Origin: an uncultured Candidatus Rokubacteria bacterium
Lineage (GTDB): Bacteria > Methylomirabilota > Methylomirabilia > Rokubacteriales > DASRDR01
DNA length: 64,000 nt
Reading direction: 5' to 3'
Assembly: GCA_963708025.1 (NCBI GenBank)
Contig: CAVPSB010000018.1
Span: 448,001-512,000, forward strand
How positions within the stretch are numbered: the first letter of the stretch is position 1; the number at the start of each line of letters is the position of its first letter. Below, piece by piece: positions 62,965 through 64,000 of the stretch. The notes under the pieces were generated by a model. That model worked only from the letters and a program-made list of their open reading frames with translations. It was not told where the DNA came from and did not search any database. Made by a program: the position numbers and the translations under genes.

Positions 62965-63834
62965 TCAGACGCGGACGCGCTGCTCGGCGCCGAGCAGGCC
63001 GCCCGGCCTCAGGAACAGCACGGCCACGATGATGGTGAAAACCATGGTGTCGCGGAAGCTCGCCGACACGTACCGTCCGGCGACGTTGTCGAGAACGCCG
63101 ATGAGCAGGCCACCCACCGCCGCCCCCACCATGCTCTCCAGGCCTCCGAAGAAGACGCCGGCGAACGCCCGGAAGAGGGGTGCGCTCATCAGGGCGACGT
63201 TGATGGACGAATCGGCCGCGACGAGGAAGGTCGCGACACCGCTCAGACCGCAGCCCAGGCACCACGCGAGCCGGGCCACTCGCGCGCTGTCGATCCCGAT
63301 CAGACGGGCCGCGAAGGGGTCCTCGGCCGAGGCCCGCATGGCCACGCCCAGGGGCGACCAGCGAAAGAACGCGGCGATCGCCGCCATCCCCGCCAGCGCC
63401 ACTCCCGTCGCCAGCACCTTCTGGAGGGTGACGGCGATGCCGAAGATCTGCACCGTGCCTTCCACGATGGGCGGAAAGGGACGGGGCTGGAAGCCCCAGA
63501 CGACGCCGACGCCCGCCTGGATCAGCAGACCCAGGCCCAGCGTGACGATCAGGGCGGCAAACAGCCGGCCCGGCCCCAGCGGTCGAATGAGCACCCGTTC
63601 CGTGGCGACACCGAAGAGGCTGGCGACGACGATCGTCACGACCAGGGCGGCCACGACGGGCAGCCCGGCGCGAATCGCCGTGGCGGCCACGAAGACCCCA
63701 GCCATTCCGATGTCGCCGACGGCCATGTTCACCACGTCCGTGGCCCGGAAGATGATGACGATCGAGAGCCCGATGAGGGCGTAGCTGGAGCCGCTGACGA
63801 TCCCGGACACGATGACGGGAAGGAGGTCTTCCAT
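62965..63834 (-). CDS. HAAT ABC transporter permease (LivH-like)
   Basis: GSSYALIGL, VVNMAVG, GVAMRASAED...AARLIGI, GGLES. Confidence 0.93.
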   Translation of the reverse strand: MEDLLPVIVSGIVSGSSYALIGLSIVIIFRATDVVNMAVGDIGMAGVFVAATAIRAGLPVVAALVVTIVVASLFGVATERVLIRPLGPGRLFAALIVTLGLGLLIQAGVGVVWGFQPRPFPPIVEGTVQIFGIAVTLQKVLATGVALAGMAAIAAFFRWSPLGVAMRASAEDPFAARLIGIDSARVARLAWCLGCGLSGVATFLVAADSSINVALMSAPLFRAFAGVFFGGLESMVGAAVGGLLIGVLDNVAGRYVSASFRDTMVFTIIVAVLFLRPGGLLGAEQRVRV

Positions 63835-63944
63835 GGACCCCGGCTCACAATCTGGCCGCCGCCGCGGCCTTCAGACAGCCCGATCCTCGGGCGCGTCGTC
63901 TGTCCGGATTTCTCCGGGGACGCGCGGTGACGCGGCCTCGTTGA

Positions 63945-64000
63945 CTACCAGCTGCTTCCGGGCTCGATGAACCCGCCGATGGTCTTCCACTCGCCACCCT
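63945..64000 (-). CDS. 3' end of a probable ABC substrate-binding protein (runs off window)
   Basis: ...GGEWKTIGGFIEPGSSW-stop upstream of livH; assignment by position. Confidence 0.45.
   Translation of the reverse strand, partial: GGEWKTIGGFIEPGSSW

Overview
High-GC bacterial window. The gene style (multi-GAF/AAA/TPR and sigma54-AAA-TPR fusions, DRRxxERR microproteins) suggests a Rokubacteria/Methylomirabilota-like soil organism; this is inference only. Layout: (1) 0-9 kb: ECF sigma/anti-sigma pair with a sigmaE-type promoter in front of a DUF4139 gene, response regulators, two CAWC/HGIC zinc microproteins and a MATE transporter. (2) 9-10.3 kb: remnant of an integrative element (tyrosine integrase C-terminus, arm repeats, 5' half of tRNA-Thr(CGT)). 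(3) 10.3-21.2 kb: two giant signalling AAA/TPR genes. (4) 21.3-23.2 kb: an IS110/IS1111-type element inserted into an integron attC site. Its ~700 bp right end contains readable candidate bridge/seek-RNA guides. (5) 23.4-45.6 kb: a ~22 kb integrated plasmid/ICE-like element with Xis-like HTH, Fe-S PD-(D/E)XK nuclease, UvrD, a decaying Ycf46/DUF3150/DUF2997/DUF1257 module, Rad52-like annealase, degenerate DnaQ-fold protein, RadC, HicB, SSB, a tandem pair of ~146-nt structured RNA-like repeats, ParM/ParR, two ParB-like paralogues, a Topo VI-A-like TOPRIM protein and an AbiE toxin-antitoxin pair. It ends at a tRNA-Arg(TCT) 3' fragment that sits back-to-back with a tRNA-Glu(CTC) 3' fragment. (6) 46-64 kb: a CoA-dependent, steroid/alicyclic-type catabolic cluster with a LivM-LivG-LivF triple-fusion ABC transporter. 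Many genes left of 23 kb are broken by 1-nt indels that are probably long-read errors. No intact tRNA/rRNA, CRISPR array, relaxase, T4SS or intI was recognised.
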